Source of the DNA: Scenedesmus sp. PABB004
Lineage: Eukaryota
Direction: 5' to 3'
Assembly (NCBI GenBank): GCA_014905635.1
Contig: JABVCE010000008.1
Location: forward strand, 1,364,001 to 1,428,000
Length of the DNA stretch: 64,000 nucleotides
Of this stretch, positions 48,884 through 60,500 are shown in pieces. The notes beneath the pieces were generated by a model, which was given only the letters and a program-made list of their open reading frames with translations, made no database searches and was not told where the DNA came from. How positions within the stretch are numbered: position 1 is the first letter of the stretch; every line of letters begins with the position of its first letter. The translations under genes and the position numbers were made by a program.

Positions 48884-51353
48884 CTAGGGGTCATCCGGCA
48901 GCGGCGGCGGCTTGGGGCCCTCCTTGCCACAGTCGGGGAACCACTTGCCCAGGTCCCACCCCTCGCTCTTGGCGTCATCGCAGCAGGTCTTCCAGTCGTC
49001 CCACTGCTCGGGGTCCTTCATGTCATAGTCCTGCGCGCGGAGTGGCGCGTGCGCGTGCGCGCGCGCGTGGGCGTGGGCGTGGGCGCGGGCGTGGGCGCAT
49101 AGTCCACGGGCGGGGCCGAGGCAGGCCCAGCCGCCGCCGCCCCTGCGGCCGCGAGCCCTGTCACTCACCGACAAGACGCACTCCCAGTCGGGCTCCTTGG
49201 CCGCGGGCGGCGCCGCCGGCGGCGTCGCCGGCGGCGTCGCCGGCGGCGGCGCGGCCGGCGGCGGGCTGGGCGTCGTAGCCGGCGGCGTCGCCGGCGGCGG
49301 CGCCGCGGGCGTGGCTGCGCCGGGCTTGGCCGGGCGCGTGCCCATGGTCGCGCAGTCTGGCGGGTTGGCGCCGTCCTTCTTGGCCGCGGTGCAGCAGTCG
49401 TTCATGTAATCCCAGTCATCAGCGCTGGACAGGTCGTAGTCCTGTGGGCGGGGGAGCACGGGCGGGTGAGGGGGGGGGTCTGGGTTTCGTTCTCAGGGCC
49501 TACACCCCCCGGGGCCGCCCGCGCCGTCGGCCGACGCACCGACTTGAGGCACTGGTCATTGCTGGGCGCCGTCGGCGCCGAGGGAGGGATCGGCGTCTTC
49601 GGCGTGGGCGCCGGCGTGGGCGCGGGTGTCGGCGCCGGCGTGGGCGCGGGCGTGGGCGCCGGTGTCGGCGCCGGCGTGGGCGCTGGTGTCGGTGCCGGCG
49701 TGGGCGTTGGCGTCGGCGTTGGTGTGGGCGTTGGAGTCGGCGTTGGTGTGGGCGTCGGCGTCGGCGTTGGAGTCGGCGTTGGTGTGGGCGTTGGCGTTGG
49801 CGTTGGCGTTGGCGTTGGCGTCGGCGTCGGCGCTGGCGTCGGTTCAGGCGTCGGCGTCGCCACCGGCGTGGGCGTTGGCGTCGGCGTGGGCGTGGGCGCC
49901 GGAGTCGGCGCCGGTGTCGGCGTCGGCTCCGGCACGGGCGGCGCCACCACGGGCGTCGGCGTGGGCGCTGGCGTGGGCGTCTGCGGGGGGCGGGACGCGT
50001 CAGTGGGGCGGGGTCGGCCGCCGGGCTGCTGCCGGCCAGGGCGCAGCGTGGCGCGCAGCTCACCGTCGTCGCCTCCCCGCCCGCCGCGCTCTCCGGACCG
50101 CCGCTCGCCGGCGGCGTCGCGGCCGGGGGCACCACGGGCGGCACGGGCGCGACGGTCGCGGGCGGCGGCACGGCGCCGGCGTCCGCCGGCGGCGGCGTCG
50201 CGGCCGGCGGCGCTGCGCCGCCCGCCGCGGGCGGCGCAGGCGTCGCGGCCGGCGGCGGCGCGCCGGCGGCGGCGGCAGCGTGGTGAGGTCCTTGGCGACC
50301 ACGCCGTCCGCGGGGTTTGGCGGCGCGGCCACGGGCGAGTCGACCGGCGCGACAAACGGCTCCACGGTGAAGCGCGAGACCGTGTCAGTGTTGGAGTCGG
50401 TCGTGGACGTCACGAGCAGCGTGACGCTGTAGCTGCCCGCCGGCAGCACGACCGTCGTGCGCGGGCCCTCGGCGGTCTTGCGGAACAACCGGTTGTCTGC
50501 GTCGACGCCCGCGACCGTCCACGCAAACGACTGCAGCGCGCCGCCGAGCTCCGCCTTGCTGCCCTGGCCGTCGAGCAGCACCTCGCCGCCGGCGGCGCTC
50601 TGGCTCGGGAAGGCCTGCCGCAGCGTGGGCGAGGTGATGACCACGGTGCTCTGGCTCATCTGCCCGATCCAGTCCATCGCCGACTCCTGCTGCGGCGCGG
50701 GCGGCGGCGCGGCCGCCGGACTGCTGCTGACCGCCAGCACCGACGCCGCGGAGCGCGGCGCCGGCGCCGGCGCCGCCGCGGCAACGCCGGCCGTCGCCCG
50801 GGGCGCGCGCGCCCTGCCACGCCGCGGCGCCGCGCCCGCCGTCGCGGGCGGCGCGGTGGGCGCGCTCAGGCGACGGCGGTGCGACGGCTCGGCGCGCGCC
50901 GCGCCGGCGTCACCCGGCGCCGCCGCTGCTGCTGCTCCTCCCGCGCCGCCGGCCCCGTCTGGGCAGAGCCCATCGAGCAGCGCGCGCGAGCAGGCGGGCT
51001 GCCCGCGGGCCGAGCCGCCCTCCGCGCCGGCCGGCTGTGCGGCCGCTGCCGCGCCGGCCGCGGCGCCGGCGGCCGGTAGCGGCGCGGCGGTGCCGCTGCC
51101 GCTGCCGCGCCCCGCCCTGGCGTGCCCGCCCGGCGCAGGCCTGCGGCAGCGCGGGGGCGGTCGTCGGCGGCGGCGAGCGCGTGCGGGGCGCCCGCGCGGG
51201 GGCCACGACAACGCGACCGCGCCGCGGCGTGCGGGGGAGGCTGCTGCATCCCTTCCACCCCCTGCACCTCGCCGCCAATGACAGCCCCGCGGCGTCAAGC
51301 CCCAGCAGCAGGACGCAGAGAACGCCCAGCGCGGCACCGCATCGCCGCGGCAT
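48884..51353 (-). CDS. Secreted Pro-rich glycoprotein: signal peptide, PKD/Ig-like domain, (TP/AP)n rod, two Cys modules; apparent frameshift near 50260
   Basis: Signal [26 protein letters not shown]...FAWT...[13 protein letters not shown] (PKD-like); long PTPTPT exon; clean splice sites. Confidence 0.75.
49600..49980 (-). repeat. Coding (Thr-Pro)/(Ala-Pro-Thr-Pro) tandem repeat
   Basis: GGCGTY/GGYGTG hexamers on + strand; synonymous variation fits coding on the - strand. Confidence 0.9.
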
Positions 51354-52379
51354 GCCGCTGCGAGCGGGGCCAGGCGGGCGCCAGGCCTCCGGCTCCCTCC
51401 TGCCCGCCTCCCCGGCGCGCGCGCGCGTCGCGGTGACTGGGCGCGGCGGGCTGTTCACACGAGAGCCGCGCCGGCCGTGAACGCGGTGCACCGCTGTGGT
51501 GTGGGCTGCTGAACAGAGCGCGTGCTCGGCGTGGGAGTCTGCGCCGGCCCGAGAGGATGTGCGTGTGCGCGTTTGGCTCGATCGACGGCGCGGTGGAGCC
51601 GGCGCGAGCAGCAGCGAGAGGGGCGGGGGTTCGCGACGGCTTCGCCCAGCGAGCTCCGGTGTGTGTGAGGGGCGTGCGCTCCAAGCCGCGCGGAGCTCGC
51701 CGGCGGCGCTGGCTGGACGCCCCGCCGCGTCGCGGGCGCAGCCGAGCGGCGGCGCGAGTACCGCAAGCGCCCGCGAGCACGGCGCGCCGGCTGGCTCGGG
51801 CGCGGCAGCGGCGGCGCGCCTGGCAGCCGGCGAGCGCTCCAGCACCATCCGCCGCCAAGTGCAGGCGCTGGCGGCTGCCAGGGGCCGCTCGCGCCGCTCA
51901 CCGCGCGCAAGCGTCACCGGGCGCGCCGCGCGAGCAGCGGCGGCCTGCGCTCGCGCGCAGGCTGACGCGCAGCAGCCGCGCAGCTGCGCGACGACGCGTG
52001 TGTTGGCTGGGTGCGGCTGCCAGGCGCGGTGCGCGATCCCAGCGCGCCGTCGAGCGGGGCCTCGTGCCGGATCGGCCCTCTCCGCCGCCCCAACGCGGCG
52101 CAGCTCATCACGCGACTTGCCTGACATTGGAGCACCGGCGGCCCGCGCCGCGCGCGGCGCCAAAATCCAGCTGGTGGTTGCTGGGCGCAGTGACATGTTT
52201 CGCGGTGCCCGCCCCCGCCAATCGGCGCGCCTGCGCAGTCGCGCCCCACACCGCGCCGCTTGATCGTCCCACGCTCCCGCCCATCCCGCATCGCAGAGCC
52301 GCCCAGGGCCCCTGCGCGCGCGAGGCCAACCGTTCATTCGGCTCGGCCGGCGCCAGGCCTCTTGCGGACGCTGCGCGCC

Positions 52380-55300
52380 ATGGCGCGCCGCACAGTGCTG
52401 GCGGCCGTCGTGCTGCTTGCAGGCGCGTGCTGGCCGCGCGCAGCAGGCGGGCGCACGGCGCGCGGTGTGGGGCGCGAGCGCGCAGGCGCACTCCCGCGCG
52501 CCCCGGCCGGCCACGCCGCGCGGGCGTGGGCGCGTCGGGCGCGGGAGCGCCAATAGGCGCGTGAGCGCGCCAGCACGCCGGCGGGGCGCGACCTTCGCGG
52601 CGCTCGCGGTCGTTGCTGCTGGGGCCAGCCGGGGGGCGCGCTGGGGGCCCGCGGCAGGGCGCACGCGCCCCCTCCAGACGCCTGTGCCGAGGCTCACGTC
52701 GGTGCCAGCCCGCCCAGGCCACGCGGCGCTCGCTCACCGCCGCCCGCCGCTGCTGCGCCCGCCGCGCGCCGCCCGCCGCCCGCGCCCGCCGCCCGCCGCG
52801 CCCGCCGCCCGCGCCCGCCCGCCAGGCGCCGTCGCCGTCGCGCACGCGCAGTCCGCCGAGCCCGCGCCCGCGCCGGCGGCGGGCGCGGCGCCCGCGGCGC
52901 CGGCGAAGAAGTGCCGCACCGCGCTCGACCTCATCGCGAGCCAAAACCCCAACCTCCCGCTGCACCCGGTCTTCCAGAACATCCTCAACAGCGAGGACCT
53001 CAAGGGCACGATCTTCATCCCCACCGCCAAGGCCTGGGACTCGTTCTTCGCGACGATGCGCCAGCGCCAGGGCAACCCCGCCGCGCCCGCCATGGTCGCG
53101 CGCTACGGGCAGATCCTGCTCTATCACCTCGCCAAGGTGGGGACACCACCGCGTGCTTAACCCCCGCGCGCAGCGGCCGCCCGCGCGCCGGCCGCCCGCG
53201 CGCCGGGGCGGCGCACAGCGCGCGCGGCACGTGGCAGCCGCCCGGGCGCCGGCTGCCCGCCAGGCGGTTGACCGCCGGCAGCCGCGGCGCCGCCGGCGCC
53301 CGCGCGGCCCGTGCGGCTGGGGCCCCCCGCGCACGCGCGCCGGCCCACGCCGCCCCGCGCGCCGCGCGCGCAGGACGTGCAAGTGCCCGTGGCGGACGCG
53401 ACGCCGGGCATCAGCAAGTTTGCGGTGGACACGGCGAGCACGCTGCAGTGCACCTTTGGCCCGGGCCTGCCCAACAACCGGCTCATCATCAAGAAGACGC
53501 CCCAGGCCATCATCGTGAGACCACCGCCCTCACGCGCGCCGCGCCGCCGCCGCCCGCCCGTGCCCGCGCTCGCGCAGAGGCCCGGCGGCCGCTCGCGGCC
53601 GCCGCCGCGTGCGGGCGCGCGCCCGCGCGGCCGCTCACGCGCACGCCCCGCCGCCGCGCCGCGCGCGCGTCGGGGCGCAGGTCCAGCACGGCACCGGCAA
53701 CGCGACGATCATGAGCCAGAAGATGCAGTACTGCGGCGGCGAGGCCTACCTGGTTGACCAGGCGCGGCACCCTCACGCGCGCGCACGTCCGCACACCCGC
53801 GCGCGCGCACACCCGCACCCGTAGCGCGCGGCCAGGGCCCCCTCCGCTGACGGCCCCGTCGCCGCCCGCGTCCCGCGTCCCGCCGCTGTGCCCATCGGGG
53901 AAACGTGCGCAGGTGCTCAACCCCTGCAGCGACATCGCGGCGATCATGGGTGAGATAGCCAACATCCCCAGCCCCTGCCGCAGCAACGTGGAGGGCGCGC
54001 TCAACAAGAACCAGCTGAGCTACTTCAACGCCCTGCTCCTCGCGACCGGCGTGCAGCGCCCGATCTTCAGCTCGGGTGCGCGCCGCACCCGCCGCGCCGC
54101 GCCGCGCCGCGCCGCGCCGCGCCGCGCCGCGCCGCGCCGCGCCTGCTCCGCTTCCACGGCTCTCCCTCTCCCGCCACGCACGCACGCAACCTCACACCGC
54201 CCACTCATATGCACCTGCCCGCCCCGCGCCCGCCCCTCTGCACCGCAGTGCGCAACTTCACGCTCTTTGTGCCCACCGACCAGGCGATCACCAACGCGCT
54301 GCGCAGCGGCGCGCTCAACTACCCCTACCTCTACGCCAAGAACGGCACGCTGCTCGAGGGCATCGTCGCGTACCACGCCGTCCCGCAGTACCAGTTCGCC
54401 ACGCCCTCGCGCCAGACGCTCAACATGCGCACCCTGCTCACCGAGGCGCGCGCGTGCGCGCCGGCGCCGGCGCCGCAGCATGCGCGCGCGCGCCGGCCGC
54501 GGCGCGGCGCAGGCGGGCCCAGCCCCGCGCGCCGACCCGCTCCCTGACGCCCCCCCCTCTCTCGCGCCGCGCCTCGCCGCGCCGCGCAGGGCACGGGCGA
54601 GGCGGCGTGCAAGGACCCCAGCCTGAGCTGGCGCCCCGACGGCTTCATCTACGGCGGCACCGGCAGCGCGCGCGTGTCGGCCAACGCCGACCGCGGGTGC
54701 AACACGCAGATCCGCGTCATCGACGAGGTGCTGCAGCCCTGCTGCAAGCCCATGGCCGACCTGCTCGGCGGGCCGAGCGGCCTCGCCGCGCGCGCGCCGG
54801 CCGGGTCCATCCAGGCCAAGGCCTACAACTACCTCCTGTCCAAGGTCGAGGTGAGGCCTGCTTGTTTGTTCACGCCCTGCGCGGCCGCAGCGGGGCCGCA
54901 GCGGGGCGCGTCGCGGGCCGCGGAGCTCGCGCCGCGCCCGCCGCCGCCGCCTCGCGCCTGCGGCGGCCGCCGCCGCCTGGACCCCGCGCCGCTCACGCGC
55001 CGCGCGCGCCGCGCCCCGCGCGCGCGCGCCAGGGCGGCGCGGCGGGCACGAGCTTCATCATGCCCTCCGCGGAGGCGTGGGCGCAGTTTGAGGCGGACGC
55101 GGCGAAGCAGCGCGTGACGCTGACGGACGACAAGCTCGACGCGCTCTTCGGGTACCTGCTCACCACGACGCCCGTGACCGCGGCGTCGCTGTCCGCGGGC
55201 GCGGCGGTGCCGATGAACCTCGCGGCAAACAAGAAGGGCGCCGCCGCGCTCTGCCCCAAGGGCACCAACGCGACGGTGGTGTTCGCGTCCGACACCTCCG

Positions 55301-55730
55301 CGGAGCTGCCCGCCGTGTCGGACACCGCCGCCGCGCCGCGGCCCTCGGTCGCGGCGGTCCCGGCGGCGATGTCCTACCCCGCCGCCGCGCCCGCGGCGGC
55401 CGCGTACCCCGCCGCCGCCGCGCCCGCGGCCGCGGCCTACCCCGCCGCCGCCGCGCCCGCGGCCGCGGCCTACCCCGGCGTCGCCGCCGGCTACCCCGCC
55501 GCGGCCGCTGCGCCCGCGGCCGCGCCGGGCTTCGGCCGCCGCCTGGCGCAGGCGCTGGGCGCCGCCGCCGCGCCGGCCGCCGCCGCCGCGCCGGCCCCCG
55601 ACGCCGGCGGCAGCCTGCTGCTGCCGACCACCTTCCAGACCGTCCCCACCGCCGCGACCGGCGGCGCGGCCGCCGCGAGCGCCGCGATCGCGGGTGCGTG
55701 GGACCTGCGCCGCGACTCGCGCCGCCGCGT

Positions 55731-55761
<31 letters not shown>

Positions 55762-56161
55762 GCGCCCCGGCGCGGCGCCCTCGCCCACCCCCGCCGCCCA
55801 CCCCGCCGCCGCGCCGCGCCGCGCACGCGCGCCCGGCGCAGGCCCGGTTGTGCTGGTGGACGGCCAGGAGATGGAGCTGCGCGCGGGGCTGGGCATCCCT
55901 GTGACCAGCATGACCTACTCGTGCGACGGCGCGATCTACAACACCGACGCGGTGCCGCTGCCCTGCAACGTGCTCAACCGCACCGTCGTCAAGCTTGCGC
56001 CGCCGCCGCCGGCGACGTCCACGCTGCTGCCGACCGCCGGCGCGGACGTCAACGCGACCGCGCCCGCCGCGGCGCCGACCGCGAGCGCCGCCGCGGCGGC
56101 CGCCGTGCCGCTCGCGGGCACCGCGCTCGCGGGGCTGCTGCTCGCCGCGCTGCTGCTGTGA
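52380..56161 (+). CDS. Fasciclin (FAS1) multi-domain cell-surface glycoprotein, probably GPI-anchored, ~9 exons
   Basis: Signal peptide; H1/YH/H2-like motifs TIFIPT...LLYH, FTLFVPTDQA...VAYHAVP...IRVIDEVL and a degenerate third copy; hydrophobic C-terminus ALAGLLLAALLL*. Confidence 0.88.
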
Positions 56162-57513
56162 GCGCGGGGCGGGGGAGTAGTAGCTAGGCCGCATTTTGTG
56201 TGTGGTGGCGCGCGCGCACGCGCGCCCGGGCCGCACCCGGCCGTGCAGCGCGCACAGCGCGCGCGCGTGGCAGCACTGCCGTCCACAGCTGGGCGCCCTG
56301 CCCACCCACCAGGGCATGCAAGCTCAAGACCGCTGCAGAGCGGGGCCAAGGAACGAGAGCGCTTTTGGTTGATGCACTGTCCCCGCGCACGACGGCGCGG
56401 CTCGGCGGCCGGAGCAACCGCGAGGCCCGCCGCCGCGGCGGCCCGCGCCCGCCGGCGCGCATGATGCGCTCACGACATCATGCGCGCGGCGCGCGGGCGG
56501 CCGCGGCTGGCGGCGGGCCGCCCACACAGCGCGATTGCGATCGCCGGCCGCTCGGGTCGCCGCCTGATACTGGTAACGCACCGTCGGAAGCGCGTTACAC
56601 TGATCAAGCAGCGAGGCAAGAGATCGCCGCCGCAGAGCGGCAGCCCGGGAGTCTGGGATGTCTGGTCAGCCGCTGCGGCGCTGCATCTGCTGCAGCCGGA
56701 CCGGGGGCGTGCGTTGGGGCGTCTCGCGACGCGCCGGCAACGATCAGAGCGGGTCAGCACACTCAACCGCGAGGCGGGCACACACGCGTCAGCGCTCGGG
56801 TCTCACCAAAGTCAAACGTCTGTTGGGGCAACGCCCGACGGCGCCCCGTGCAGCAGCCACCAGCGCGCAGCCCGGCCGCCGCCGCCCGGCGCGCCACCGG
56901 CCACAGGGCCGGGCGCGAGGGGGGGGCGGTGGCCGCAGCAACACAGCGCAGCCACGGCTGGGCGCGCTGCAGCAGCAGCCGCCCACCCGGTGGCTAGCCA
57001 GAGGCAGCGCGGACGCCCTGGTCACAGTCAAGCCGCTGTTCAAAGTCAACACTGGTCAACACAAGGCTCGGTTCAGAGACAAGGCACTCATCAACGCAAG
57101 GCTCAGTTCAGAGAAGCACGCAAGCGGCGGACGGCGTGCCACCGCGCCGCGCGCGCGCGCCAACCACGCCCCCCCCCCCCCCCCGCGCCAGCGAGCTGTA
57201 ATGTACATGTACAGCGCAGCAGAGTGCGCGGCAGAGTGTACAGCGACACAGCGGCGCACACGCGCCGCCCCTTGCCCATCCTGCCCACCCTCCGTCCAGC
57301 TGCGCGCAGCCAACGCGGCTGCGGCATGCGTTGGATGCAGGCCGCGCCCCGCCGCCCGGGCGCGGCTCAGGCCTGCGCCCCGGCGCCCCCTGCCTGTGCA
57401 GCAGCCCCCTCGACCGAGGCCGGCCGGTCCTACCCACCTGTTGCCCCGTCCACGCACGCCTCCGCCCACCCGTTTGCCCGCCCGCGTGCACACACGCGCG
57501 CATGCGCGCCGCC

Positions 57514-60500
57514 TCACACCAGGGGTTCGCCGTCCTCGCTGCCCGCCTCGGCCGCCGCACGCGGCCGCCCGCCGCCGACGCCGCGGCCGCCGCGCTTGTC
57601 CACGAGGGCAATCTCGCACAGGCCGTCACTGAAGGCGCTGCCGCCGGAGCCGCGGCTGCTCGAGCCCGAGAGCGGGCTGCTGCCCGCGCCCGACCCGCAG
57701 TGCGACCGCGGCGACCCGCTCGCGCCCGACGGCGGCCCCGGGGCGTCGCCGACGGGCTCGTAGTGGTGGAGGAGCGCGTCCAGGCCCTGCGGCCGCGCGG
57801 CGGCGCGGGGGGGGGGGGGGGGGGGCTCAGCAGGGCACAGCGTGCGGCGCCCCGCGCAGCGCTGGCGGCGGCGAGCCGCACGGCACGCGGCCCGGCAGGC
57901 GCGCCGGCGCGCGGCGACGGCACGCACCGCGCCGCTGCCGGAGTGCCGCTGCAGCCGCTGGCGGTGGCGCAGCGCCACGCCCGCCGCGCCCGCCAGCAGC
58001 GCCGCGGCGACGACCGCCGACGCCGCCAGTGCCGCCACCGCGGCGGGGTCGAGGCGGTCGCGCTCGGGCGCCGCCGACCCCGCCGGCTGCGCGGCGCGGC
58101 GCCTGCGCCGCTCCGCGCGCGACACCGCGCTGTTGAAGCTCGGCCCGGCGAGGTGCCACACCGGGACCTGCTGCGGCCGCCCGCCCGCGCCCGCGGCGGG
58201 CGCGGTGCACTGCAGCGCCTCAAAGCCGTGCAGCACCTCCACGGCCTTGCGGTCCAGCGCCGGCACGGCCGGCGGGCAGGCGAGCCCCTGGTCAAGGCTC
58301 ACGCCGATGCTGCACCGGCAGCTCGCCGTAAGCTGCGGCAGCACCGCGATCAGCCAGGCGGGGAACGCGCCCGTGAGGGGGTTGTGGCTCAGGTCCAGGA
58401 TGCGGTGCACCGGCGTCACGCTGCGGGCGGCGACCGCGGCGCGGGCGTCGGCGGCGGCGAGCGGCCGGCGACCAAGGACCAGCTGCCGCGCGGTCGCGCG
58501 CGCAGCGCCGGCGTGCAGGCCCGTGCGCCCCCGCCCCCCCGCCGGCGCACCCGTCGCGCATCGTCACCATCACCGGCCGCACCGCTGCCAGCGCCGCCAG
58601 CGCCGCGGGCACCGCGCCGGAGAGCTTGTTGTGGGAGAGCTGCGCGCGGCGCGGGGCGCGAGTCAGTCGCTCGCGCCGCGGGCGCCGCGCGCCGCCGCGC
58701 CGCGCGCTGGGTCTCACGTTGAGCTGGAGCAGCTGGTTCTTGGGCCCGAGGGCGGCCGCAAAGGCGTCGAGTTTGCCGTCCAGCTCGTTTGAGGACAGGT
58801 CCAAAAACGACAGCGCCGGCAGCGCCGCGAGCGACGCCGGCAGCGGGCCTGGGCGCGGGGCGCGCGCGGCGCTGGGCGCGAGCGCCACGGCGGCGGCAGG
58901 CGCCGCGCGCCACGCGCCGCCGCACCAGAGAGCTTATTCCTGGAGAGGTTCAGCAGCACCAGCAGCGGCTCCTGCTCGCCGCCGAGCCAGGTGGGCGCGA
59001 TCCCGCCCGAGAGCTCGTTGTTGCTGAGGTCTACCCAGCGCAGCACGCGCGGCAGCGCTGGCAGCGGGCCGGACAGCTCGTTGTCCTGCGCGGCGGCGGC
59101 GCGGCGGCGGCTCGACAGACCAAACCAGGTGGCGCCGCACCACGGACGGCGTCGGCGCGCCGCCGGGCCGCCGCGCTGGCGGCGGCGCACCGAGAGGTCC
59201 AGCCAGTCCAGCGCCGTGAGCGGGGCGAGGTCGGGGAGGCTCCCGGAAAAGCTGCGGCGCGGCGCGGCGCAGCGCGGCGCGTCGGCCGTGCGTGCCGCGC
59301 GCGCGAGAGGTAGGGCGCCGCGCCGCGCCGCGCGTGCGGCGCCGCACCGGTTGAACGAGAGGTCGACGTACTGCAGCTCCGGGCTGGCGGAGAAGTCGGG
59401 CAGGCGCTGGCTGAGGCCGTTGCTGCTCAGGTTGAGGTACTGCAGCCCCGCCGGCACCGCGGGCAGCGCACCCGAGAGGCTGTGCCCCGACACGTCCAGG
59501 TAGCGCAGCGACGCGCAGCGCCCCAGGGAGCGCGGCAGCGGGCCTGCGCCGCGCGCAGGCACGGCGCGGCGTCGGCGTTGGCAGGGCGCCGCGCGGGCGT
59601 GGCGCGCGTGCGGCGCCTGCCGCGTGGCGCGGCGCCGACACGTCGAAACCGCACCAGTGAGGCCCGCCTCGTCGTCTCCGATGACGCCGGCCAGGTTGAT
59701 GGAGCGCAGCGTGCCAAAGCCGCACGACGCGCTGCCGGCGCCGGCGCCCGCGTCCGGCAACGGGCCCGACAGGCGCGAGAGGCCTGCGAGCTGCAGCTCC
59801 TGCAGGCTCAGCGAGGCAAACCAGCACGGCGGCAGCGTGCCGGCGAGGCGGTCGTTGTCGGACAGCGCCAGAGCCTTGAGGCGCCTGCGGGGGGGGGGGG
59901 GGGCGCCGCGCGGTGGGGGCGGTGCGCGGCGCGCCTCCCCCAGGGTCGGGCGGGCGGCGGCCGCGCGCGGCGGCCGGCGGCGGCGGCGCTGCGGGCGCGG
60001 CGCGCTCACGTGCCGGCCGCCACCAGCTCGCAGCCGAGCGGGCCTGCGAGGCCGACGCCGCGCAGGTGGAGCTGCTCGAGCGCAGGCATCCGCGCCACGA
60101 CCGCCGCCACGTCGGCGAGCGTGCCGCCGGTGGTCGAATAGCTCAGGTCCAGGTGCGTCAGCCGCGTGAACTGGGCGAGCGCCTGGATGGCGGCGGCGCG
60201 GGGCGGCGCAGCGCTCGGGGCGCGCCAGCGGCAGTCGAGCGGCGCTGCCAAGCGGAGCAGGGGCCCGCCGTCGCGGGCGGGCGGGCGGGGGCGGGCGCCG
60301 CGTGGGGCGCGTGGCGCGCGCCTTTGGAAAGGCCGAGCACTGCAGCGCGTACGGGGGGAGGATGAGCCGCAGCAGCCGGCCGTCGCGGTCGCAGACGTTG
60401 GGCGCGGTGTGGCAGACGTCGGCGTGCCACTGCCGCAGGTCGTACGTCACGGCCGCGCCGACGCCGCCGCACCAGCCGCCGGGCGACGGCCCGGCCGCCG

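Noticed and set aside
49466..51079. Plus-strand VGVGAG silk/elastin-like ORF
   Set aside because: Antisense of the Thr-Pro exon; splice sites and signal peptide are on the minus strand
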